Of a stretch of 64,000 nucleotides of DNA, positions 54,603 to 64,000 are shown in pieces. The notes under the pieces were generated by a model that made no database searches, was not told the DNA's origin, and saw nothing but the letters and a program-made list of their open reading frames with translations. Source of the DNA: an uncultured Planctomycetota bacterium (GTDB lineage Bacteria > Planctomycetota > Planctomycetia > Isosphaerales > Isosphaeraceae). Positions within the stretch are counted from its first letter, which is position 1; each line of letters starts with the position of its first letter. The stretch covers positions 128,001 to 192,000 of the forward strand of contig CAWJTV010000036.1 in the NCBI GenBank assembly GCA_963845755.1, read 5' to 3'. The translations under genes were made by a program, and so were the position numbers.

Positions 54603-56117
54603 TCACTGCCGGAACTTCAGCCAGTTGTCGTACGAATGGGCCTGGTCACCGACGTACTGGTAGGACTCGAAGATCGCGCCCTGGCCCTGGATGCGCGGGT
54701 CCTGGTCCTGGCGGAGGCTGGCTTCCATCTCGGATTCGAGCTGTTTCTTGAGCGATTGGAGTCTTGGGTCGTTCGCCAGGTTCTTGATGCAATCGGGATC
54801 GTTCTTGAGATCGTAGAGCTCCTGGTCGGGGCGTTTCCCGAAGCAGAGACGGTAGGATTCGTTGAATGCGGAGGTCATCAGGGTCTTGGTCGGTCCATTG
54901 TCGCAATTGGTGTAGCCCGTCTCGGGATTGCCGGCGGGCCAGCGGTCGGGTTCGTAGTTGCGAATAAACAGATATTCGGATGTACGAATTCCCCGCGCGG
55001 GGTAGCCGGCATCGTTGGGCCGGCCGATGTCGTGGCGTTCCTTGCCCACGACCATGCGGTTGCGGGTCGGGTCGACCTGGCCCGATTTCTGGCTCTTCAG
55101 AACGTCAGCGAAGCTCCGCCCGCTCATCGAGCCGGGGATTTTGAGACCAACGGCGTCGAGGAAGGTGGGAGCGAAGTCGCGCACGTTGATGAAGTCATCG
55201 ACGACGCGGCCCGGTTTCACCTGCCGGCCCCAGCGGATCGCCATCGGGATGTGGAAGCCCGCGTCGTAGAGCTGCCCCTTGACGCGCGGGAAGGGCATGC
55301 CGTGATCGGATGTGTAGAGGATCAACGTGTCGTCGAGCGCGCCCGTCTTCTCCAGGTGGTCGAGGATCTTCGCGACCTGGGCGTCGAACCACTCGACTTC
55401 CAGCCCGTAGTCGAGCAGGTCGCTCCGGACGAGGCTCGTGTCGGGTAGATAGGCCGGGACCTCAACGTCGGCGAGCCGGCGACCCGCGCGGCGGCCGGAG
55501 CCTTCCTCGTAGAGGCGGTGGGGTTCATGGCCACCCACCCAGAAGCAGAAGGGTTGACCCGGCTTGCGACCCTCGAGGAACTCGGCGAAGTTGCGCGCGT
55601 AATCCGTCCGGTTGATCCCTTGCAACGGCGGATCGAGCTGGTACTTCTGATGGGCGGGCCCCGCGGGATTGCGCGGGAATCCACCGGTCTTGAAGTCGCC
55701 CGGTCCCCAACCCTTGCCGGTGTGGCCGACCTGGTAGCCGGCCCGTTCCATCAGGTCGGGGTAGACGGGCCACTTGGCCCGAAAGATGCCATAGTGGCAC
55801 ATGGCCTCCTCGAGCTGCCAGGTGTTCCGGCCGGTCAGGACGCTGGCCCGGCAGGGACTGCACTTGGGGTTGTTGGTGAAGGCGTTGTGGAAAAGCACCC
55901 CTTCTCGCGCGAGCCGGTCAAACGCCGGCGTCTTGATCCACCGGCAGCCATAAGCACCGGCGTGGCCCCACGACCAGTCGTCGGCGATGATCAAAAGGAT
56001 GTTGGGTCGCCTGGTGTCCTGGGCGCCGGCCTTGGCCAATGGGCCACCGGTCAGCAGGGTGAAGCACACGCTCAGGACGAACCAGGCTCGACCGACCCGA
56101 GATTGACTCTTCATCAC
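54603..56117 (-). CDS. Sulfatase (formylglycine-dependent, family S1)
   Basis: RPNILLIIADD, CSPCRASVLTGR (CxPxR), TGKGW, EPHR, TSDHG, ELYDLKNDP. Confidence 0.95.
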   Translation of the reverse strand: MMKSQSRVGRAWFVLSVCFTLLTGGPLAKAGAQDTRRPNILLIIADDWSWGHAGAYGCRWIKTPAFDRLAREGVLFHNAFTNNPKCSPCRASVLTGRNTWQLEEAMCHYGIFRAKWPVYPDLMERAGYQVGHTGKGWGPGDFKTGGFPRNPAGPAHQKYQLDPPLQGINRTDYARNFAEFLEGRKPGQPFCFWVGGHEPHRLYEEGSGRRAGRRLADVEVPAYLPDTSLVRSDLLDYGLEVEWFDAQVAKILDHLEKTGALDDTLILYTSDHGMPFPRVKGQLYDAGFHIPMAIRWGRQVKPGRVVDDFINVRDFAPTFLDAVGLKIPGSMSGRSFADVLKSQKSGQVDPTRNRMVVGKERHDIGRPNDAGYPARGIRTSEYLFIRNYEPDRWPAGNPETGYTNCDNGPTKTLMTSAFNESYRLCFGKRPDQELYDLKNDPDCIKNLANDPRLQSLKKQLESEMEASLRQDQDPRIQGQGAIFESYQYVGDQAHSYDNWLKFRQ

Positions 56118-56241
56118 GGTCTCCTCAAGGATGTGACCTCTCCGCCCGTCGCTCTGGGTCGAGACGCTGGTCCGGCCGGTGGAGACGGTCGGAATCTAAG
56201 CACCCGGCCACGGTTTTCGTGCACTGGTTCCCGGGCGAGCG

Positions 56242-56291
56242 GGGGGCGTCAGCCCCCTGTCCGATCGCCAGGACAGGGGGCTGACGCCCCC
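56242..56291. repeat. GC-rich REP-like hairpin
   Basis: GGGGGCGTCAGCCCCCTGTCC ... GGACAGGGGGCTGACGCCCCC. Confidence 0.75.
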
Positions 56292-56311
56292 ATACAAAAC
56301 GGGTTAAGAAC

Positions 56312-56457
56312 TAGAGTGCACTACGATTGCGTTGCGCAGACTCTTGGGTCGTCGCGAAATCACCCCCCTGTATCCCCCCTTACGAAGTGGGGGGGATACA
56401 GGGGGGTTCCCCGGGAGTAAGCGTCGCGTGTATGCAACACAACCGTGAAGCGCTCTA
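56312..56457. mobile_element. MITE-like element, family B (TA ends, internal C-run/G-run hairpin)
   Basis: TAGAGTGCACTACGATTGCGTTGCG ... TGCAACACAACCGTGAAGCGCTCTA. Internal CCCCCCTGTATCCCCC/GGGGGATACAGGGGGG. Related to 60114..61594. Confidence 0.6.
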
Positions 56458-56620
56458 ACTCCTCTGGTCCAATAGAAGCGACCCGGCCCAATGATCTCCC
56501 CAATGACTGAGGATAGCCAAGTTATCAAATCATCCCGTTTGCTTCGGGCACGCCTGCCGGAAGGAGACGCTGCTTTGATCGCCGCCGGGTGCGGGCTGGC
56601 AACGTCGCGATGCGCAGGAG

Positions 56621-59600
56621 CTATCGCGAGATCGTGATGCGGAGGATCTTTCCGTCATGGCTCGGGTTGACGAACACGGTGACCGTCAATTCCTCGCGGC
56701 AGGCTTTGAGCACCAATTCGCCGACCCGACCCACCCGGCTGTGGAAGGTTCGGGGTTCGCAGCAGGTCTCGAGCACGAATCCGACGAAATCGCCGTGGCA
56801 ATTGAACAGCACTTCGCACACCTTGCCGGTGAATTCCTCGACCTTGCCGCGGTGTTTTTGCGTGAGCGAGGGAGGAACGTACGTCAGCGACGGGGGGATC
56901 TCCGACGCGTTGCCCCCCATCCCGTTGACACGACCGGAGAGATACTCGATGTAGCGCAGGAGCACCGGATACCACCGGTTCGTCGGCCCCATTTGCAGGA
57001 TCCGCCATTTCATGATCGCGAGCGTCGTTTCCTCCGACGGCAGGATCGTGTCGGCAGTCGCCACCGGAATGTGCACCTGGAACGTGCCGATCACATACCG
57101 CCAGCGGATGACGGACGCGACCGCCGCGAGCGGCTGCTGGGCCGTCTCGGCGTGAGTGTGCGTCTCGGGAGCGCTGTGCGTATGGTGCGTGTGGTGCGCC
57201 GCTTTCGTGTCCCGTCGGTGCTTCGGCGCGTGGGAGTGCGCTTCAATCTGCGGTATTGGCGGAGGCGGCGTTGGTGGTGGCGGCAGCGGGGCGGAGCGTG
57301 TCCCGATGCGCTTGACCGTGATGTCGTAAGACTCCCCGCTGCGCACCGAGCTGGGCAGATCCACGGTGAACAACCCCGCGAAGTTCTCGCCGCTGCCTTT
57401 GGGGATCGGGACGTAGCTGAGACCGCCGGTGATCGGAATCTTGATCGTGTGCGCGTCCACCGCGGTGAGGGGCGTCGCGCCATAGAACTGCTGGGCGAGT
57501 GTGATGACGTCGCTGGCGAGCACCTGCGGCCAGTAGAGCGAGGCAACCGATCCACTGGGGATTCGCCCCCAATCGATCATGAGCTCGTCCGGGAAGACGG
57601 TATCGAGGCCGTTCAGCGGCACGTAGAGGTTGCTCGGCCGGCAATCGAAGGTTTGCGGGATGCGGTGGGTCGAGGCCGGGCCGGGGTTGTCCGACGAGGT
57701 GAATTGCAGATTGCGCCTGCGCGAGCTGATCCCAGGAGAGCGGCGAGGAGCCCGTGGGGATCGGTGCATCGTCGAAGGCGATCTCGGCGACCAGGCAATG
57801 ATGCGTTCCCGGCAGATAGGCCTGAATCTGCTGGTTGTTGAACTGATTGTTCTGGTCGTAGAAATTGAGGAAACAGCCGTAGTAGGCCCAGAGGCTGTCC
57901 TGGTTGGTGGGGATCACGAGGGTCTGGTTGTTGACGCCGGGGGACGTGTAGTCGGTCTGGCTGGGGAAATTGTTCGTGGCGAAGAGCGGGAAGGTCGTAT
58001 TGCCGGCGCCGACGTTTGGTGAACCGGGTTTGCCTGCCGCGTCCGGCGAAAAGGCGTAGGTGGTGTTGGGCTGGTAGTCGGTGTCGTTGCTCTGCGTGCC
58101 GAAGATGCGGAAGAACACGCGGACGTTGGTCGCCTCGCCCGCGATGCCCGGCGAGCCGCGCAGCGCACATGCGCGATGGCGAAGCTGTAATTGTTCAAGA
58201 TCTGGAATGGCAGCAGGTTGAACGTCCAGGGAAAGACTGAGGAATCGGCCTGGTCGGAGCCATCCTGGTTCGGCAGGACGGTGGCGAAGGGATCGGGGCC
58301 GGCCGGATTGGTGAAGCCGGCCAGCGGATCGTTGAAGTGCTTGAGCACGTTCTGAATGTAGGTGTAGGCACCCGAAACGCTGTCCGCGAGCGCGGCAACG
58401 TTGGGGATCGGGGTCGCGTTGAGTCCCGGCGTCACCATGAAGACCCGCAGGTCTTCGCTCAGATAAGGGAGATTGCTGTTGCTGGAATTCATGTTGCTGA
58501 AATACGGGTCCGCGCCGGCGACGAGTTCGATCTGGGTCGACGCCTGAGACGCCGTCACGGTGTTTCCGCCGGCGGTGAGTGAGACGGAGAGCCCGAAAGG
58601 GGTCGAGCCGCTGCTGGGAAACTGGTTGAGGAACGGCGCCGAGAGGACGATGTCGAATGGGATCTGGATTCGTTGCGGCGCGTACTGGCTGACGCCGCTC
58701 TGGAACTGCGCCCCGAGAGGATTGGGCTGGATGATCACGCCGGGCAGGCTCGCGAAGGTCCCGGTGAATGCCGCGACCTGAATATTCAGGTTGGCGAACG
58801 CCGCCTTGCTGAGGCCCTGGATCCAGAGCGTGAAGGCGCCGGAAACCAGTCCGCCCTGCGAATTGATGATGTCCTTGGATTCGTCGGCGCCGAACGTGCT
58901 CTTGACGCCGACGAACGACACGCTCGCGATCGGCCAGGGATTGTCCGGGTTCGGTCCCGTGATCCGCGCGGTTCCGGGATAGCCGAGATCGACCAGGTTC
59001 TTGAAGTAGGGGAATGGATCGCTCTGATCGCCCGTGATGTTCGCGTAGACGCCGGACAGTTGCTGGGCTCCGCTGGAGGTCATCAGCGTGATCGGGCAGC
59101 CGAGCTGCGTGAAGAGGTAATAGACGAAAACGGTCGCGCAACCGATCGTGGGGTCGATCTGGTTGTCGGACGGATTCACGTGGTTGACGAAGTCGGCTCT
59201 CGGGCTGTTCATCCACTGGTTTGAGACTGCGTAGCCGGACTCACCGCCCGAGGCGCCGTGTTTCTGGATGAGAAGCTGCGCCGCAAAAAGCGCGACAGGC
59301 CTTCGCCTGCGCTGCCCTCGTTGCCGCCGCTCGACCAGTTGCCGCCGTACCAGTCCGAGCCCGTGGAGGACATGAACATCTCGACGACTTCAGACACGAT
59401 GAGATAGCGGAGGAACCAGGGGTTGACCGTCGCGGTCGAATTATTCGCCGGCACGCCGGGATAGAGCGTTATGGGGCCTGACAGATTCGGCCAGCATGTC
59501 GCCCGTGCCCGATCCGACGGGCGCGTTGACCCCCGAGAGGATGTTGACCTGCATTTGTCCCGACCACGGGCTCGACGCGTTGTTGAAGAATTGCTGCATC

Positions 59601-59776
59601 CAGGAGAAGTCGATGTTAACATTCTCCCTGAACGTCTCGAACGCAGTCTGCGCGGCCGACGACGTGATCGTGTTGTCGTACTGGACCTGATAGGAACTGG
59701 TCTTGCCGTTGTTTTGGAGGTTCGACGTCGTCAACGTGGGCGACGACCCGCTCGCCAACTGACCGCAGCTCGCCAT
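56621..59776 (-). CDS. Large uncharacterised protein (~1050 aa, about 4 frameshifts) with a zincin-like N-terminal region
   Basis: Consecutive protein-like segments in ORFs 59441..59776, 59209..59622, 57914..59212, 57243..59216 and 56621..57769. Motifs LIVSEVVEMFM, GEGLSR, HCLVAEI, AQ-RNL; Pro- and His-rich linker. Confidence 0.75.
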
Positions 59777-60021
59777 GGCTCTACCCCGCTTGGTGTTTCG
59801 GTGTTATCTCTGATCATGGGGTCGCCCCGTTTTCGGACCTCTGGCCGACCTTTCCCGGATGACCGCTGAGATCGAGCGCTTTGGTCACATGCTGGGTCAC
59901 TGGAAACAGAATTCCAGCAGGCCGGAACGGTCCGGTCAAGCGACCACTGGTTCTGAACCTGGAATCGTCCGCCTTTGGCATCGAAGGCCGACGTCTCAGC
60001 CGTCACCGACGGCCTTTTCGC

Positions 60022-60053
60022 CGGCCTGCTCCCCGTTTCTTGGTCCAGTGATA
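60022..60053. mobile_element. Degenerate IS3 right-end remnant, part 1
   Basis: CGGCCTGCTCCCCGTTTCTTGGTCCAGTGATA has 2 mismatches to the reverse complement of the right end of IS 60194..61480. Confidence 0.75.
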
Positions 60054-60115
60054 ACAGGCCCTAACAAGAAGGGGACAGGAACCTCGAAGACTCGGAGCCC
60101 GTCCCCTTCTTGTTA
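60054..60115. mobile_element. Hairpin MITE-like element C (last bases displaced to 61593..61603)
   Basis: AGGCCCTAACAAGAAGGGGAC ... GTCCCCTTCTTGTTA, resuming as TAGGGCCTCTA at 61593. Confidence 0.65.
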
Positions 60116-60265
60116 GGGCGCCTAACGGTTGGGTTGCACACACTCGAAGCCTACTCCCGAAGAACCCCCCGGAACCCCCCCTTCGCAAGGGGGTGGCCTG
60201 CCCCCCAAAACCTGGTCCAGTCTTAATGGGGATCGTACAACTGGCACAGAGCCAGGGAGCGACCC

Positions 60266-60541
60266 ATGCGAAAACGACCGAGTCCGGACCAGATTGCATC
60301 CATCCTTCGAGACTTCCAAGCCGACCTCGACGCCGGCTTGACCCTCCACCAGGCCTGCCGCAAGGCCGGCATCGGACCGACGACCTACTACCGCTGGAAG
60401 GCTCTCCAGGAGGAACCTATATCGCGTGAACAATTTCACATTTCAGAACTCGAAGCCGAAATCGATCGCCTCAAGCTCCTGGTCGCCGAGCTGGCGCTGG
60501 ACCGCCGCATGCTCCAGGAGGCCTTGAAAAAAAGGCCATGA
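60266..60541 (+). CDS. IS3 transposase OrfA (HTH)
   Basis: ACRKAGIGPTTYYRW, LEAEIDRLKLLVAEL; A7G slippery run at 60527..60534. Confidence 0.92.
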   Translation: MRKRPSPDQIASILRDFQADLDAGLTLHQACRKAGIGPTTYYRWKALQEEPISREQFHISELEAEIDRLKLLVAELALDRRMLQEALKKRP

Positions 60542-61441
60542 CTGCCCCCAGACGCCGCATGATCGTCAAAGAATTATGTGAAGAATTCCACGTATCTCAA
60601 CGCCGCGCGTCGCGGGCGCTGGACCTGGCCCGGTCCGGCCTTCGCTACGCGCCGGTCGTTCGCGATGAGCAGGTGGCGCTGGCTCGACGCATCGAGGAAC
60701 TGGCCGGGGCCCGACCGCGGTTCGGCTACCGGCGGATCTGGGCCTTGCTGGATCGCGAGGGCTGGACGGTCAACAAGAAGGCCGTGCGTTGACTCTATCG
60801 CGAGCTGGGGCTGAAAGTGGCCCAACCGCGGGCCAATCCCAAGCCGCGCCGGGCTCATGGGCAGGACGAGAATGCCTGCCACCTCCGGCCCGCGCGCGGG
60901 AAAAACGACGTATGGACATGGGACTTTATCTTCGACCGTACCAGTGACGGTCGAAGTCTCAAATGGCTGAGTATTGTTGATGAATATACTCGAGAATGCT
61001 TGGCCTTGGAGCCGCGCCGGGGTATGACGGCCGAGGACATCCGGGTCATCCTGGCCGAAGTCGCGGCCGGTCGCGGCGGCCCGCCGTGCCGGATGCGAAG
61101 CGACAACGGGCCGGAGTTCGTTGCCGAGGTGGTGCGGTCGTGGCTGGAGGACACCGGCTCCGGGACCTGGCCCGTGGCGCCGGGGAGCCCCTGGCAGAAC
61201 GGTTATGCGGAGTCGTTTCATAGCAAGGTCCGTGACGAGTTCCTGAACCGCGAGGAATTCGAGAGCGAACCGCAGGCCAGGGCGTTGGGCCGCGCTCTGG
61301 ATGGAGGAGTACAATACCGAACGCCCGCACAGTTCCCTGGGATATCAGACACCGGCCGAATTCGCGGCCACTTGTGTGAGGTATGTGCCTATCGATGAAG
61401 ACCCGCCCGATCCCTCGTCTACTGAATCAACGAACAGGTGA
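60538..61441 (+). CDS. IS3 transposase OrfB (DDE core; indels ~60790 and ~61300)
   Basis: RFGYRRI, WTWDF, IVDEYTRE, SDNGPEF, PWQNGYAESF, YNTERPHSSLGYQTP. Confidence 0.9.
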
Positions 61442-61601
61442 TTCCCATTATCACTGGACCAAGAAATGGGGAGCAGGCCAGGGGATGTTGATCGGGAAAC
61501 ACCCATCTCCTGTCCCCCCCTTGCGAAGGGGGGGTTCCGGGGGGTGAATTCGCATCGGCACCGAGCATGCGCAATGCAAAAGCTAAGCGCTCTAGGGCCT
61601 C

Positions 61602-61790
61602 TACTGAGCGTTGCATGGAAAAGTAAACTCATCCGGTCATCGCTGAGTTTCTCAGAGACCCAAGCTTGGAAGCCGAGAGTCGGGGATCGCCCTTGTTTCA
61701 GGCGTTTGGAACGTGTGCCGACGACCGACCTCACGATCCCCGTCGAAGCGACTGCCTCGAGAAGTTTACTTTTCCATGCAACGCTCAGTA
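61602..61790. mobile_element. MITE D (189 bp, perfect 28-bp terminal inverted repeats)
   Basis: TACTGAGCGTTGCATGGAAAAGTAAACT ... AGTTTACTTTTCCATGCAACGCTCAGTA; non-coding interior. Confidence 0.85.
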
Positions 61791-61823
61791 ATGGGAATTG
61801 CCTGTTCGTTGATTCAGCAGACG
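61789..61823. mobile_element. Degenerate IS3 right-end remnant, part 2
   Basis: TAATGGGAATTGCCTGTTCGTTGATTCAGCAGACG continues 60022..60053 when aligned to the reverse complement of 61416..61450. Confidence 0.75.
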
Positions 61824-61834
61824 GAAGCGAATTC

Positions 61835-61876
61835 GGTGTGAGTTCATTTTTCCCCTCGAAAAGATGAACTCACACC
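61835..61876. repeat. Palindromic hairpin repeat
   Basis: GGTGTGAGTTCATTTTT-N7-AAAAGATGAACTCACACC. Confidence 0.7.
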
Positions 61877-62167
61877 AATTATGCCCCTCTTCCAATAGAC
61901 TTTATCAGGAATAAGGGACTTACCCCGAAAAACCCGGGGAAATCGAGACTGTAGCAACGGGACCGGGCTCGACACGGGAAACGGGGACATATCTAGTTTC
62001 CAGGTCGCCAAAACGCGGTTCTCCCGCACTTTCGACGATCCGAGACCGCCAACTCACACAGAAGTCCCCGTTTTGACGGGATTCTCGGTCGTTCCGGCCC
62101 GGAGTGGCACTGTCCACATCGAGAATACGAGAGAACCCAAAACGCGTCCCTGTTTCGTTGGTCGGAA

Positions 62168-62677
62168 TCAAAGGGGTCGGGAGTCGATTCGCCTTCTCCT
62201 GACCTTTTCGAAGCCTCCATCGCCGGTTCGTTGTACGTCGCAGTCAGTCACCGCTCGTCGCTGGCTTGGGCGCACTTCGAAGTACGAGAGGGATCGGTAG
62301 AAGCACACATCGAATTCCATGAAAAAATTGACCTGACCCAACAACACCGGTACGGCGTCGGTCTTGGCCCACGCGAACGCAAGCCGGACCGGCGCGAATG
62401 GCCCGACGACTGCCGACAGGATCAGCGCGCGGGCCTCGCAGGCTGCCAGGTTGCCGCTCAACGTCATCGGAGTCGTTTGCTCCTCCCACACCGCACCCAA
62501 CCGCTCTCCGGCCGTATAGGGCAACACGTTGACCGTGGCGCCGGTCTCCAGCAACCCGGAGATCATGGTGGATTCTCTCCCGATCCGAGTGAGCGGGAGG
62601 AATGGAGCGTGACTGGCGATCCCCAAGCTCTGATCCCGCTCGATGAACGGGTATCGAGCTGCCGTCATGCTGCTCAC
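62168..62677 (-). CDS. Retropepsin-like (aspartyl protease fold) protein with E in place of the catalytic D
   Basis: SGLLETGATVNVLP (compare LLDTGA) and VLLGQVNFF (hydrophobic-LG motif). Confidence 0.7.
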   Translation of the reverse strand: MSSMTAARYPFIERDQSLGIASHAPFLPLTRIGRESTMISGLLETGATVNVLPYTAGERLGAVWEEQTTPMTLSGNLAACEARALILSAVVGPFAPVRLAFAWAKTDAVPVLLGQVNFFMEFDVCFYRSLSYFEVRPSQRRAVTDCDVQRTGDGGFEKVRRRRIDSRPL

Positions 62678-62886
62678 GACCGCGCCCTTTCCTGGTCCAG
62701 TTCCTGGAGTAGCACAGCGGCTGCTTCGTAAGCCCGGTCCGGCGACCAGAGGGGATAAGTCTGGTTCGCTTCGAAGGGGACGGCTTGCTCATCTTGGGCA
62801 AGGTCTTCCGCGAGGACCTGGATCAAACGCAGCTTGTCAACCCGTGACAGCGCACGGATTGTTGGCAATACTTCCGCAATCGACAT
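62674..62886 (-). CDS. Small hypothetical protein (antitoxin-like), overlapping the downstream gene
   Basis: GGGAGG RBS; MSIAEVLPTIRALSRVDKLRLIQVLAEDL...YPLWSP; 4-nt start/stop overlap. Confidence 0.75.
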   Translation of the reverse strand: MSIAEVLPTIRALSRVDKLRLIQVLAEDLAQDEQAVPFEANQTYPLWSPDRAYEAAAVLLQELDQERARS

Positions 62887-63080
62887 GCTTGACCTCCCGT
62901 GCACGACAGAGCTGGAAATCCGGACTCGGCGTTCCGGCCCGCGGAGTCGCCGTCCCGATTCTACCAGAACCGGTGCCGCAAGAGTGTGGGGGGAAGGGGG
63001 CGAAATGGGGTGGGAACATTCCTAAATTTCAGCGCGGACTGGGAGGTCCGGAGAAATTGGAAGACCCGGGGTCAAACTTT

Positions 63081-63665
63081 GTTCCGCAGCCCATAATGCC
63101 GTTGGACTTGCCGGTGAAAGTCCGGTCGTGGGAATTGACCGTTTACCCACGTAGTCCTATTCGACGTTGGCTCGGGGCGACCCGGCCAGCGAACGCTCGA
63201 ACGTAAACGTCCTCGATAGGAGGGCAAGCCAGCTCGCGGGCCGGATCAGGAGCGCGAACTCAGCTCGGAGTGAACTCTGCAGCCTCGAAACGACCAATGT
63301 GGCCGCCGAACCTGGAACAACGGGGTGAAGGCTACTACCGAAGAGGAAGCAACAGTCCTTGGCACTCTTCGGGCCACCGGGGTAAGGGAGGCGGCACGCG
63401 AGCCCAGTCCCACGGAGTCAATTGGGGAACCTCTGGATTCCCACCGGAAGCCGATTTCCTGGGGTGCAGCCGACTCCGCCACGAATCCATAAGTGGCGGG
63501 GAGGGATTCCGAGGCTCGGATGAGGCCGTAGTAAGCGATGACCCGACGGGACAACATAACCCGATGGCGAGACAAGGGCCTCTGGATGGGCGTGTTGGAG
63601 TTGCGGGGAGTCGTGCCACATTGAGCCGAGAGGCTCGAGAACGGGTTATCCCTTCGGGGATCACG
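63081..63665 (+). mobile_element. Group II intron RNA fragment (domains I-III and start of IV; no RT ORF, no DV/DVI)
   Basis: 5' GTTCCGCAGCCCATAATG, CCGGTGAAAGTCCGG, AGCCTCGAAA, GTGAAGGC, CCGGGGTAAGGGAGGCGGCACG; DII stem GGATTCCC/GGGATTCC; DIII TCGGATGAGGCCGTAGTAAGCGATGA...AAGGGCCTC. Confidence 0.72.
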
Positions 63666-64000
63666 TATTCCTGGCAGATCCCCGATTGGCTCGTCGTCGG
63701 ACGGCGGACGCCAGCCGGCAAGGACCCAAGGGGCGCGGACGATCAGAGCATCTGGATCGTCGGCCAGATGCAGCAAGGCCACAGTCGCGACCGGTCGGTG
63801 TCAGGCCGATGACCCGAATACCATCCTCGGACCAACGAAAATGCTCGGACCAACCCTGAGTCCTGGGATTGAACAGCGGCACTTCGGCACCCGTGTCCGG
63901 ATCTTGTGCCGAAGTCCGGTCGGCTTTGAAGCGGTTGCACAGCGGACAGCTTAACCAGAGGTTTGATTCGGAACGATCGCCACCCTTGGCCACGGGGATC
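63661..64000 (-). CDS. HNH endonuclease (5' part outside the window; frameshift ~63790)
   Basis: KGG...NLWLSCPLCNRFK, LFNPRTQ.WSEHFRW, IGLTPTGR, then WVLAGW.PP in the next frame. Confidence 0.85.
   Translation of the reverse strand, partial: IPVAKGGDRSESNLWLSCPLCNRFKADRTSAQDPDTGAEVPLFNPRTQGWSEHFRWSEDGIRVIGLTPTGRDCGLAASGRRSRCSDRPRPLGPCRLASAVRRRANRGSARNT

Larger units (their letters stand above)
60194..61480 (+). mobile_element. IS3-family insertion sequence (1287 bp)
   Basis: IRL TGGCCTGCCCCCCAAAACCTGGTCCAGT; IRR ACTGGACCAAGAAATGGGGAGCAGGCCA; TG..CA ends; GGGG direct repeat on both sides. Confidence 0.93.
60114..61594. mobile_element. MITE-like element family B, interrupted by the IS3 element
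   Basis: TAGGGCGCCTAACGGTTGGGTTGCA ... GCAATGCAAAAGCTAAGCGCTCTA. Internal arms ACCCCCCGGAACCCCCCCTTCGCAAGGGGG and CCCCCCCTTGCGAAGGGGGGGTTCCGGGGGGT flank the IS. Confidence 0.65.

Noticed and set aside
63624..63660. GAGCCG... as group II intron domain V
   Set aside because: Forms only a 5-bp GNRA hairpin and lacks the 34-nt DV stem with AC bulge and CGGTT.

Overview
GC-rich bacterial DNA, probably from a planctomycete (inferred from the DUF1549/DUF1553 + DUF1501 pair, a sulfatase and many short palindromic repeats). Single-base indels break many genes, including housekeeping pyrD, so most frameshifts are probably long-read errors. About 0.5-34 kb is a biosynthetic gene cluster. Its core is a ~22.8 kb six-module NRPS (A-T | C-A-T-E | C-A-T-E | C-A-T-E | C-A-T | C-A-T-TE) with a carbamoyltransferase (in frame with the TE as assembled), an SGNH-like protein, a JmjC/cupin oxygenase, a PhyH dioxygenase, an amidohydrolase and MbtH. 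Unusually, a GT9 heptosyltransferase-like gene sits inside the cluster and a bifunctional ADP-heptose synthase HldE sits at its edge, suggesting a heptosylated, carbamoylated, D-amino-acid-rich peptide. The NRPS is built from near-identical multi-kb duplications in which short, lower-GC A-domain specificity subdomains were swapped. About 35-56 kb is more ordinary: DUF1549/DUF1501 genes, a GT9/pyruvyl-transferase fusion, tatA copies, a P19/FTR1 iron uptake pair with a Fur-like box, pyrD, IMPase and a sulfatase. The 56-64 kb end is accessory: a ~1050-aa uncharacterised zincin-like protein, a four-level nest of IS3/MITE insertions, a small gene pair, a 3'-truncated group II intron RNA and an HNH gene. 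No rRNA, tRNA or CRISPR array was seen.
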